DNA of 64,000 nt from Octopus vulgaris (lineage: Eukaryota): the NCBI GenBank assembly GCA_951406725.2, contig OX597842.1, positions 15,004,001 through 15,068,000 on the forward strand, written 5' to 3'. A program made the translations under genes and the position numbers. Below, piece after piece: positions 13,930 through 26,268 of the stretch. Positions within the stretch are counted from its first letter, which is position 1. Each line of letters opens with the position of its first letter. The notes below the pieces were generated by a model, which saw only the letters and a list, made by a program, of their open reading frames with translations, was not told where the DNA came from and ran no database searches.

Positions 13930-14149
13930 ATCTCTCTATCTATTTATCTATCTATCTATCTACTTACCTATGTATGTATGTATGTATGTATGTATAAATA
14001 TATACATATATAGATATGTATTTATGTATATACGTATATAAATATATGTATATATCTATGTCGATATCTGTCTATCTATCTATCTAACTACCTATGTATG
14101 TATATATATATAAATATATACATATATACATATGTTTTTATGTATATAC

Positions 14150-14187
<38 letters not shown>

Positions 14188-14198
14188 CTGTCTATCTG

Positions 14199-14294
<96 letters not shown>

Positions 14295-14919
14295 TACATA
14301 CATGCATACATACATATATAAATGCACACACTCATATATTGCCAAAATACCATCTGGATTTACCTTGAATTATACTTTAGTGCCTATATCCTCACGGATG
14401 TACGAACCAACCTCCATACCGCAAGAAGATGAGTTGTGAACGTTACACTACTATCTGTATTCTTCTACCTACAGTTTTACTCTTTATTCTTATCTCTGGT
14501 ATTTTATTTCTTATAAACCGTGAATTCCCTGTGCAGAACATTCATATGTACTCACCTTGACTTTGATGTACGGTCACGCTAGCCAATCACTTGGGATATC
14601 CCAGAAACAGCGGAACGGCATCCAATAGTTACATACTTAACTATTTAATTGCTTAATTACTTCACATTCACCTTGCTCTAATTAAATATTTTAAATGACC
14701 TGACATACTCGTCCAGTTTGGGTTTTTGTTGTCCTTTTTCCTCTAATATATACCTGCTGAATCGGAAGCCTAATACGGGTCTCTAGATCCAGCCTCAGCT
14801 ATGAACGTGGTACATAACGGATGACCAATTATAACAATTAATCAGCGTACATGTTCGCTTAGATCATCAGTGAACTAAACACCCTTAGTGAATATTGTGT
14901 ATAAATATTCTGTATACAC

Positions 14920-14987
<68 letters not shown>

Positions 14988-15003
14988 GAAGTGTCATTCA
15001 AAA

Positions 15004-15270
15004 ATGAGTGAAGGTGTTACAATACCTATGCCGCTAGAAATAAGAGCTAAATGGCTCTGTTGCTACTGTGAACGCACATCTGATTTTATACATACATGCC
15101 TGCGGCGACTGTAGATGAGAGTGGCTGACAACTACTGACATCTCTATACCGTACGGTTTCATCTCTAGACCTTTATATATGTAGATCGGTATATATGTGC
15201 GTTGAAAGCAGCAACAGAGCCATTTAGCTCTTATTTCTAGCAGTTTAGGTGTTTTAACACCGTCAGTCAT
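15004..15270. mobile_element. Palindromic MITE-like element (second copy at 18558-18830)
   Basis: gctagaaataagagctaaatggctctgttgct (15032-15063) is the exact reverse complement of 15210-15241; imperfect arms extend ~90 bp. Confidence 0.8.
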
Positions 15271-15740
15271 ATTAAATAACGTTTATTGTTTTCCTTTTAG
15301 GTGAAACTCTGCTAACTAGCTGCCTCATTTAATTACACAACGCACACTCTCACACACACACAAATACATTTGTACACCTGTATATATGCAACCATCAAAC
15401 TATGTCCAATATTCCTGGTAGGGTCGTGTGTGTAGAGTCCTGAGTTATCTCCTCCACACGTTCCAATGAGAAGGCACCACCATTACACTTTCCGGCTGGA
15501 TTCCCTTGATTGGCAAACTAATATTCTCTAAACGACTCGTTGTTGGTCTACCCCTATAGATCCTGTCGGGTGGTTCGGGTTGAGGAATCCGTTTTGCACT
15601 TCATTTCTTAAACATCCTAATCCCATGACCATTGTACCGGAAGTATATACACCCTGTGAGGGAAAACTAACGATTCGACTTGGGGAAATTTCCAGATATT
15701 CGAGCTACGTTCAGTATCACGCAAGTATATATACATATAT

Positions 15741-15830
<90 letters not shown>

Positions 15831-16032
15831 CAAATCTACATACACAAAAGTCGAAGAGAGGTGAGGGAAGAACAATAAAATGTTTTAATTTGGGAAGAAT
15901 GGAAAAACCTATGACGTGTCGAGCCTACGCTCTTCGAGAGAAAAGGTTGAGAGAAGAAAATGGAGAGAGAACGAAACGAAAAGGACGGGGATAAAAATAT
16001 GGGTTGGGATCAATGGTTCGACGTAATGTAGT

Positions 16033-16095
<63 letters not shown>

Positions 16096-16253
16096 ATGCA
16101 AATTGTGACTCGCGATTAACAACATCTGATGGTGGTCGTCATTCGATCACGTGATATAATATATATATATATATATATACTGTCGCATGATGTAATATAT
16201 TATCGATTCACGTCTCAACTCCTAACATCTGATGGTATGGTCGGTCACCTGAT

Positions 16254-16327
<74 letters not shown>

Positions 16328-17248
16328 TTATATATGTATATATACATACTGTCGCAATGATTATGATATATAATCCTTTTGCATTCACGCCTCAACTCCT
16401 ACTGCAACACTCGTTGTTGAATAGAATATATGCTTGGGCAGTTCGACAATTTTGAGACGTAATTCATTGCACAATTATGAATATCTTTTGTATTTTATGA
16501 ATATGGTATCCCATATATAGACACATATAAACACACACACATTCGTAAATATGTGCGTGTGTGTTCTTACATACATATGCGTAGGCATTATATAATTGTA
16601 TAAAATCATACACTATATAAACCTTTGTAAACTTTATTGCATTTGAGAGCAAATGAAATAGCTGCAACTTAGTGACTTTTCTGCTTAAGATCCTGGTTAC
16701 ACCAAACAAATATCCGCTTTACACTTACTCGCACACAAACACAATACACATAGTCGTGTGGGTGTATGAATATCTTTGTGTGTATATACGAATGTGACCA
16801 CTTTGTCACTATGCAGTTGCGCCCTATTCGGGTATTTGTAGAGATTTTAAGGTCAAAGTTTGGTACAAACCCTTATGTGGTCATCCAGCCATATTCTGCC
16901 GGACATCTTTTTCCGGTGTGTATGAATGTGTGTGTATATAAAAGTACACACATATATATTTATATTATTATATTTATGTGTATATGAATACATTTTAATT
17001 TGTATTTTCCCCATCTTTTCATCTCGGAACTGTCGTAAACGAGACTCACCATCACACAAGAGATGAGATTAATCTTTAACTGCCTGTTTAAAAATATGTC
17101 CATCTTTGACAATGCTGTATCTTTCTGGGAAAGAGGCGATGGCTAGCGAGAGGAAAGGGATTCGTCTGTAGAATATCTGAACAATGAACACCGTTCGACC
17201 CAAGCATTATGAACTGAGGGACGTTACAATCATGACGACGACGACGAC

Positions 17249-17300
<52 letters not shown>

Positions 17301-17939
17301 CTAGTGATCAACATCATCATCATCATAGCATTTTGTTCTCTCATTTGTTTGAGTCAGTGACCCTGAAGCTTATTGCTGCAGCAATGTGAATTGTTTTACT
17401 CTATGAAACTGAATACCGTATTTGTTTGAAGCAGTCTAACCAACTCAAAATCATAATTTTATGCTAAATTTCAGTCCAAGTGTGGGATACTGCCAACTGT
17501 AAAGAATGACATACCCTCCTAAACAGAAGTAATGATGGAACGTCTTTTAATTTCTGGAAAACACCATTGTTGATTCCTGTCATTACTCTAGCATTGTTGG
17601 TTCCTATAGCCAGTGAAAGTTTTATATCTAATTTCGTTTTCACTAATTAAATTTTTAAAACATCTACAATGCCATCTACATCACGTATATTTAAACATAT
17701 CATACTGAAATATGTATGTACCACCGATGGAGGCGGAGGAGCTGGAAAAGTACACAACATGATAAATATCCTTATGAAAAACTTTCATTTGAAGCTTCAA
17801 GAAAGTGAAAACAAAAATTCAGCAATAGCCGATTTTACTAAAATTTGGCTATAAGATAATTTAACGAAAGTAGAAAACGAAGAAGAAGATGAAAAAAGGG
17901 TAACTATTGAGATAATGTCATGATCAGAGAAAAATTTTA

Positions 17940-18054
17940 AATAATATTTTAAATCTGCTATCTTTCCTGCTAAATGCTGAATTCAAAAAGTTTTTGCTAA
18001 ATGTTGAAAATATAATTCTAGATCTATCATAAATATGCAAAATTGGCAACCCTG
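17940..18054. mobile_element. Probable DNA-transposon end: TIR-like TTGGCAACCCTG with subterminal TGCTAAAT repeats (paralog 27830-27940)
   Basis: Reverse complement CAGGGTTGCCAA is a common DNA-transposon terminus; repeated (c)tgctaaat motifs; matching other end not found. Confidence 0.45.
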
Positions 18055-18124
18055 GTGTGCAGCCTTCTAATTATTCATTTTCTACTCTTATATGAATATA
18101 TATATATATATCGGTATCTGTCTG

Positions 18125-18209
<85 letters not shown>

Positions 18210-18226
18210 ATCTGTCTCTCTCTCTA

Positions 18227-18263
<37 letters not shown>

Positions 18264-19308
18264 GTACATACATGCATACATACATATTTACATACACACA
18301 CTCATATATTGCCAAAATACCATCTGGATTTACCTTGAATTATACTTAAGTGCCTATATCCTCACGGAAGTACGAACCAACCTCCATACCGCAAGAAGAT
18401 GAGTTGTGAACGTTACACTACTATCTGTATATTACCTGTTCGCTTAGATCATCAGTGAACTAAACACCCTTAGTGAATATTGTGTATAAATATTCTGTAT
18501 ACACACGGATATATATATATATATATATATACGTATGTATATATAAAGTGTCATTCAATATGACTGAAGGTGTCACAATACCTATGCCGCTAGAAATAAG
18601 AGCTAAATAGCCCTGTTGCTGCTGTCAAAGCACATATGATTTTATACATACATGCCTACGGCGACTGTAGATGACAGCGACTAACAACTACTGACATCTT
18701 TTATACCGTACGGTTTCATCTCTAGACCTGTATATATGTAGATCGGTATATATGTGCATTGAAAGCAGCAACAGAGCCATTTAGCTCTTATTTCTAGCAG
18801 TTTAGGTGTTCTAGCACCTTCAGTCATATTAAATAACGTTTATTGTTTTCCTTTTAGTTGAAACTCTGCTAACTAGCTGCTTCATTTAATTACACAACGC
18901 ACAATCGCACATAAACACAAATACATTTGTACACCTGTATATATGCAACTATCAATCTATGTCCAATATTCCTGGTAGGGTCGTGTGTGTAGAGTCCAGA
19001 GTTATCTCCTCCACACGTTCCAATGAGAAGGCACCGCCATTACAATTTCCGGCTGGATTCCCTTGATTGGCAAACTAATATTCTCCAAACAACTCGTTGT
19101 TGGTCTACCCCTATAGAGCCTGTCGATTGGTTCGTGTTGAGGAATCTGTTTTGCACTTCATTTCTTCAGCATCCTAAACCCATGACAATTGTACCGGAAG
19201 TATATACACCTTGTGGGGAAACTAATGATTCGACTTGGGGAGATTTCTGGATATTCGAGCTACGTTCAGTGTCACGCAAGTATATAGATATATATATATA
19301 TATATATA

Positions 19309-19378
<70 letters not shown>

Positions 19379-19455
19379 TTGAGTTGTGGGGTATCACACG
19401 AGTGGGATTATATAAGAAAAAAGGTTTGAAAATGCAATTTAAACGATGTTTATTT

Positions 19456-19496
19456 ACTTAACCGGTTTCACTCTTTGGTAAAAGATTGTCAAAAGT
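19456..19496 (-). ncRNA. Variant hammerhead-like motif at the Penelope 3' end (mirror copy 25229-25269, + strand)
   Basis: actt-TTGACAA-tcttt-tacc-aaaga-gt-GAAA-CCGG-TT-aagt; stem I actt/aagt, stem II tcttt/aaaga, palindromic ACCGGT; core deviates from CTGANGA at two positions. Confidence 0.5.
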
Positions 19497-19511
19497 TACA
19501 TTTAAGGAAAC

Positions 19512-19738
19512 ATTGAATAATATGGGTTCAAAAAAGTTTTTTACATAATTGTCACATTGAATATTATGCATTCAAAAAAGTTTTTTACATAATTGTCACA
19601 TTGGATATTATGGGTTCAAAAAAAGTTTTTTACATAATTGTCACATTGGATATTATGAATTCAAAAATGTTTTTTACATAATTGTCACATTGGATATTAT
19701 GAATTCAAAAATGTTTTTTTATACATAATTGTCACATT
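19512..19738. repeat. 44-bp minisatellite, ~5 copies, in the Penelope 3' region (mirror copy ~24988-25215)
   Basis: Unit atattatgcattcaaaaaagttttttacataattgtcacattgg. Confidence 0.92.
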
Positions 19739-20297
19739 ATTTGGGAAAATTTGGCAGAAAAGGATAAAACAAATATATTATTGGGAATTGGTTGCGTTAA
19801 TTATTGGTTGTCGCAAATTGTCACATTACATGTATATATATACAATCTTTGGTATATATATACAGCGTTTTGACAGCAAAAATTAAAATGGCTTTTTTGT
19901 ACATCTCAGAATATTTTAAGTATGTTTTTACTGACCTGTCAGTATTAGCAGAAAGGCTGAACTGAGAGAACAGAAGAAGTAGCCAATGTGGTGTATACTT
20001 CCCCTTTATGCATGAATGATTTTGGGGTTATCAGGAGGTTAGTATGCGGGTGTGAATAGATGTGTCCGTGCCTGCTGGTCAGACAGCATCTGTTTGTCAC
20101 ACACATATATATACACACAAACACACACACACACAACAACACACACACACACACACATAGTATACAAACACACACCACATACAAACAACACACACACACA
20201 CAGAACACACACACCCACACACAACGCACCCACATATATCACATATACACACAGCACACAAATATAACATGTATCTATATATAACATACACAGATAT

Positions 20298-20373
<76 letters not shown>

Positions 20374-21153
20374 TACATACATAATATAAATATCACACAA
20401 ATACACCTAGCATATATATACACACATACAATACACACATACAGCATGTAAGTAATATACATACACAATATATGCATGCAATATACATACGTAATACATA
20501 CATATAATATATATATATATAGACAATGCATATACATATATACACATATACATATAAATAGTGTTTACATACACATACATAGATGTACCACATATACACA
20601 CAACACACATACATACAATGCATACACATACACATACGCATACATATAATATATATATACACACACACACACATAACATACATACACACACAATGCATAC
20701 ATATATATACACGCAATGCATATACATGTATTCATGCACATATAGCACACCTACAATATACATATATACAGTGCACACATACACACAAATATATACACTT
20801 AATTGTACACGTACATATACAATACACATACATACAATATACATATACACAATGCGCATGCAAATAATGTACATGTTTATACACACATAAACATGCAAAT
20901 AAATATACACACACACACATACACACACACACATATATATACACATATATATATATATACACACATACATACATACATACATGCACATACATATATTTTT
21001 TCACACACATATATATATATAAAAAATTCACCACCCCCCACACACACAAATTACAAACCTATAGCGTACACACTCAAATATATCTCTACATGCCGCACAT
21101 ACACACAAACAAAGTACTAACATATACACACATACCATGCATATACACACACA

Positions 21154-21184
<31 letters not shown>

Positions 21185-21225
21185 AAAACAGATACATATG
21201 TAAATACATACACACGTACACAATG

Positions 21226-21264
<39 letters not shown>

Positions 21265-21365
21265 GCACACAGTGCACACACACACACACACATATATACA
21301 CACGTGCACACACACACACACAAACAACGCGCGCACACACACATATACACACACACACACACAGT

Positions 21366-21409
<44 letters not shown>

Positions 21410-21585
21410 ACATACATCACCTACATATATATAATGCATGCGTGTGCATGCCACGTATGTGTGCGGTCAATGCCCGCTAGTGTGTCCTATGCGTGCCGAT
21501 GCGCGCATGTGCCCGCCCGCACGATATGCTGTGAGCGTGCGCGCGTCCCTGTGTGCTTGCTCTGGATGTGCTTCCAGGGGGTATG

Positions 21586-22929
21586 TTAGAGTATGTTTAG
21601 TTGTGGTCTGTATTTTTGAATAAGATTACTTTCCTTATTTATTCGTGTTTGGTCTGTGGTGTTGTCCGAGCATTGGTATAGTGGGAAGACTAAGTATTTG
21701 GGGGACTTATTGTGTGCACAAAGGTCTAAGTGTCCACTTAGTGGTATCTGTCTTGTGGAGGGGTCCCTCAGTTGTTGTCGGTGAACTGTCATTCTGTCTC
21801 TGAGGGTAAGGCTCGTTTGCCCTATGTAGTCTTCGTGGCATCCTTCACACCTTATGACGTAGAGTAAATTTTTTGATGCGCACGTGAAGTTATTTTTTAT
21901 GATGAATGTGTGTCCCGAGTGGAACTTGTACGACGATCCCTCAATGAGGTGGATGCAGGTCTTACAGTTGGGGCGACCACATTTTTTGATGGTGGGCGGT
22001 GGGTTTGTGTTGTGTAATTTTGCGTTGGTGAGGAGGTTTTTTAGGGATTTAGGTTGTCTCTTACTTTTTATTATTTTATGAGCTGCCAGTATTTTTTTCA
22101 GGCGTGGGTCTTGATTTAGTTGTGGAATGTTGTTGTATATAATAGTGTAAGCTTCTGCATTCCTTGGGTTGTGTGTTGAGAGATAAGGGAGGCTATTGAC
22201 TGTACTGTGGATGTGTTTGGGTTTTCGAAGGTCTTGAATGTTGATTGATTTGGCCCGTTCTATTCCGTTGTCTACTAGTGATGCCGGGTAATGTCTTTCG
22301 AGAAGAATTGCCCTTAGTTCCCGGAGTCTTCTATTTCGTGTTGTGTCATTTGAGACAATAGTGCAGATTCTTCTCGCTAGGTTGAAGGGGATATTTGTCT
22401 TTGTGTGTTTTGGGTGATTGGAGGTGAATAGAAGGTATTGTTTAGAGTCAGTGGGTTTGTAATGGATGTCAGTTTCAATGTTGACGCCTTTTTTAATGAT
22501 TAGGATGTCAAGAAAAGGGAGTTGGTCCTGACTATATTCCATTGTGAATTGAATGTTGTTATTTACACTGTTGATAAGGTTTTTGAAGTCTATAAGTTGG
22601 TCGAGTGTGTGGGACCATAGGATGAGGCAATCATCTAAGTAGCGTTTCCAGTTCTCCAACAGGTATTTGTGGAAAGACTGGCCGTACTTATATTTGGATT
22701 TTTCATAGATATGTGATTCCAGGTAGGCCATCACCAGGTTTGCATAGGTAGGTGCAACTTTCGTACCCATTGCAGTCCCTGAGACCTGTCTGTAAGTGTT
22801 GTTGTGGAAATACATGAAGTTGTTTTGCAGAATAAATTTGAGGCCCTCAATTATGAATTCTTTTTTAATTCTTTCCGGGATCTCATTGGGATATTTATCC
22901 AGCCAGAATTTAATGGCTTCCAGTCCAAA
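21586..22929 (-). CDS. Penelope-like RT (C-terminal half), Cys linker and GIY-YIG endonuclease; 5'-truncated but uninterrupted
   Basis: QVSGTAMGTKVAPTYANLVM, WKRYLDDC, LPFLDILI, KPTDSKQYL, CGRPNCKTC, NLLYVIRC...YIGQT, RMTVHR; frame stays open 38 codons upstream of the track ATG (FGLEAIKFWLDKY) up to the inversion junction. Confidence 0.93.
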   Translation of the reverse strand, partial: FGLEAIKFWLDKYPNEIPERIKKEFIIEGLKFILQNNFMYFHNNTYRQVSGTAMGTKVAPTYANLVMAYLESHIYEKSKYKYGQSFHKYLLENWKRYLDDCLILWSHTLDQLIDFKNLINSVNNNIQFTMEYSQDQLPFLDILIIKKGVNIETDIHYKPTDSKQYLLFTSNHPKHTKTNIPFNLARRICTIVSNDTTRNRRLRELRAILLERHYPASLVDNGIERAKSINIQDLRKPKHIHSTVNSLPYLSTHNPRNAEAYTIIYNNIPQLNQDPRLKKILAAHKIIKSKRQPKSLKNLLTNAKLHNTNPPPTIKKCGRPNCKTCIHLIEGSSYKFHSGHTFIIKNNFTCASKNLLYVIRCEGCHEDYIGQTSLTLRDRMTVHRQQLRDPSTRQIPLSGHLDLCAHNKSPKYLVFPLYQCSDNTTDQTRINKESNLIQKYRPQLNIL

Positions 22930-23543
22930 CGAGCCTTACCCTCAGAGACAGAATGACAGTTCACCGACAACAACTGAGGGACCCCTCCACAAGACAGATA
23001 CCACTAAGTGGACACTTAGACCTTTGTGCACACAATAAGTCCCCCAAATTCTTAGTCTTCCCACTATACCAATGCTCGGACAACACCACAGACCAAACAC
23101 GAATAAATAAGGAAAGTAATCTTATTCAAAAATACAGACCACAACTAAACATACTCTAACATACCCCCTGGAAGCACATCCAGAGCAAGCACACAGGGAC
23201 GCGCGCACGCTCACAGCATATCGTGCGGGCGGGCACATGCGCGCATCGGCACGCATAGGACACACTAGCGGGCATTGACCGCACACATACGTGGCATGCA
23301 CACGCATGCATTATATATATGTAGGTGATGTATGTGTGTGAGTGTTGTGTGTGTGTGTGTGTGTGTGTGTGTGCACTGTGTGCGTGTGTGTGTATATGTG
23401 TGTGTGCGCGCGTTGTTTGTGTGTGTGTGTGTGCACGTGTGTATATATGTGTGTGTGTGTGTGTGTGCACTGTGTGCGGGTGTGTGTGTGTGTGTGTGTG
23501 AGCATTGTGTACGTGTGTATGTATTTACATATGTATCTGTTTT

Positions 23544-23574
<31 letters not shown>

Positions 23575-24053
23575 TGTGTGTGTATATGCATGGTATGTGT
23601 GTATATGTTAGTACTTTGTTTGTGTGTATGTGCGGCATGTAGAGATATATTTGAGTGTGTACGCTATAGGTTTGTAATTTGTGTGTGTGGGGGGTGGTGA
23701 ATTTTTTATATATATATATGTGTGTGAAAAAATATATGTATGTGCATGTATGTATGTATGTATGTGTGTATATATATATATATGTGTATATATATGTGTG
23801 TGTGTGTATGTGTGTGTGTGTATATTTATTTGCATGTTTATGTGTGTATAAACATGTACATTATTTGCATGCGCATTGTGTATATGTATATTGTATGTAT
23901 GTGTATTGTATATGTACGTGTACAATTAAGTGTATATATTTGTGTGTATGTGTGCACTGTATATATGTATATTGTAGGTGTGCTATATGTGCATGAATAC
24001 ATGTATATGCATTGCGTGTATATATATGTATGCATTGTGTGTGTATGTATGTT

Positions 24054-24086
<33 letters not shown>

Positions 24087-24368
24087 GTATGCGTATGTGT
24101 ATGTGTATGCATTGTATGTATGTGTGTTGTGTGTATATGTGGTACATCTATGTATGTGTATGTAAACACTATTTATATGTATATGTGTATATATGTATAT
24201 GCATTGTCTATATATATATATATTATATGTATGTATTACGTATGTATATTGCATGCATATATTGTGTATGTATATTACTTACATGCTGTATGTGTGTATT
24301 GTATGTGTGTATATATATGCTAGGTGTATTTGTGTGATATTTATATTATGTATGTATGTGTGCGTGTG

Positions 24369-24423
<55 letters not shown>

Positions 24424-25308
24424 TTATATATCTGTGTATGTTATATATAGATACATGTTATATTTGTGTGCTGTGTGTATATGTGATATATGTGGGTGCG
24501 TTGTGTGTGGGTGTGTGTGTTCTGTGTGTGTGTGTGTTGTTTGTATGTGGTGTGTGTTTGTATACTATGTGTGTGTGTGTGTGTGTTGTTGTGTGTGTGT
24601 GTGTTTGTGTGTATATATATGTGTGTGACAAACAGATGCTGTCTGACCAGCAGGCACGGACACATCTATTCACACCCGCATACTAACCTCCTGATAACCC
24701 CAAAATCATTCATGCATAAAGGGGAAGTATACACCACATTGGCTACTTCTTCTGTTCTCTCAGTTCAGCCTTTCTGCTAATACTGACAGGTCAGTAAAAA
24801 CATACTTAAAATATTCTGAGATGTACAAAAAAGCCATTTTAATTTTTGCTGTCAAAACGCTGTATATATATACCAAAGATTGTATATATATACATGTAAT
24901 GTGACAATTTGCGACAACCAATAATTAACGCAACCAATTCCCAATAATATATTTGTTTTATCCTTTTCTGCCAAATTTTCCCAAATAATGTGACAATTAT
25001 GTATAAAAAAACATTTTTGAATTCATAATATCCAATGTGACAATTATGTAAAAAACATTTTTGAATTCATAATATCCAATGTGACAATTATGTAAAAAAC
25101 TTTTTTTGAACCCATAATATCCAATGTGACAATTATGTAAAAAACTTTTTTGAATGCATAATATTCAATGTGACAAATATGTAAAAAACTTTTTTGAACC
25201 CATATTATTCAATGTTTCCTTAAATGTAACTTTTGACAATCTTTTACCAAAGAGTGAAACCGGTTAAGTAAATAAACATCGTTTAAATTGCATTTTCAAA
25301 CCTTTTTT

Positions 25309-25349
<41 letters not shown>

Positions 25350-25433
25350 GTGTATGTGTGTATATGTGCTTATTTTTCGGAAGATGAAACATGTAGTATA
25401 AATACATACATACATACCTACATACCTACATGC

Positions 25434-25501
<68 letters not shown>

Positions 25502-25700
25502 ATTTACATGAAACAAAATTCGAAGAGAGGTGAGGGAAGAACAATCAAATGTTTTAGTTTGGGAAGAATGTAAAAACCTATGACGTTTCGAGCCTACGCT
25601 CTTCGGCAGAAAAGATTGAGAGGAGTAAATGGAGAGAGAACAAAAAGAAGAGACGGGTATAAAAATATGGGTAGGGATCAAGGGTTCGACGTAATGTAGG

Positions 25701-25748
<48 letters not shown>

Positions 25749-25839
25749 TATGTCTTGAATGTTTGATCGTCGCAATGATTATGATATATATAATCTTTTT
25801 GCATGAACGTCTCATCTCCTACCACTCACACACACATAA

Positions 25840-25885
<46 letters not shown>

Positions 25886-25891
25886 TTGTTC

Positions 25892-26183
25892 GTGGAGGCG
25901 CAATAGCAGCAGACTCGCGGTCTGAGGATCGTGGTTTCGATTCCCAGACCGGGCGTTGTGTGTGTTTATTGAGCGAAAACACCTAAAGAGCTCCACGAGG
26001 CTCCGGCAGGGGGTGGTGATTCGTGGTGTACTCTTTCACCACTCTTTCTCCCACTTTCTTCTGTTGACCTGCTCGCTTAGCCAGCGCGGTGGCGTCATTC
26101 GAAGGCTAAAACAATACGAACGCATTGTGACCAGTGATGTGTAACAACATCTGATGGTCTTGTCAGTCACGTGATCACGTGAT
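25892..26183 (+). mobile_element. tRNA-derived SINE sharing its head with 8016-8320 but with a different 3' half
   Basis: tggaggcgcaat..gactcgcgg..gagcgaaaacacctaa..gctccacg shared; tail ends gtcacgtgatcacgtgat(TA)n; tail-only pieces at 16090-16155 (+) and 43370-43485 (-). Confidence 0.82.
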
Positions 26184-26201
26184 ATATATATATATAATAT
26201 A

Positions 26202-26268
<67 letters not shown>

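Larger units (their letters stand above)
14326..18090 (+). repeat. Tandem segmental duplication, unit 1 (~3.8 kb)
   Basis: Colinear with 18294-19280 plus 25495-27975; both begin cacacactcatatattgccaaaatacc and end ttggcaaccctggtgtg.agccttctaattattc. Confidence 0.93.
19373..25312. mobile_element. 5'-truncated Penelope-like element (Neptune-type) with inverted 3' duplication (inverted pseudo-LTR arrangement)
   Basis: Arms 19409-21819 and 22926-25312 are near-identical reverse complements around a 1.1 kb spacer; (TA)n on both flanks. Confidence 0.93.

Noticed and set aside
17540-17860. Conserved 61 aa ORF present in both duplication units (also 27555-27740)
   Set aside because: Conservation is explained by the duplication; probably decayed transposase next to the TIR-like end; no recognisable domain
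19512-19738. CRISPR-like array
   Set aside because: Head-to-tail 44-bp units with no unique spacers and no cas genes; eukaryotic context
20039-24780. Many C/V/Y- and H/T-rich ORFs (metallothionein- or His-rich-like)
   Set aside because: Translations of CA/TG microsatellite in the Penelope arms
19409-25312. Long-read foldback artefact as the explanation of the inverted repeat
   Set aside because: 1.1 kb unique spacer, small differences between arms and flanks that match the paralogous empty site favour a real structure; raw reads are still needed
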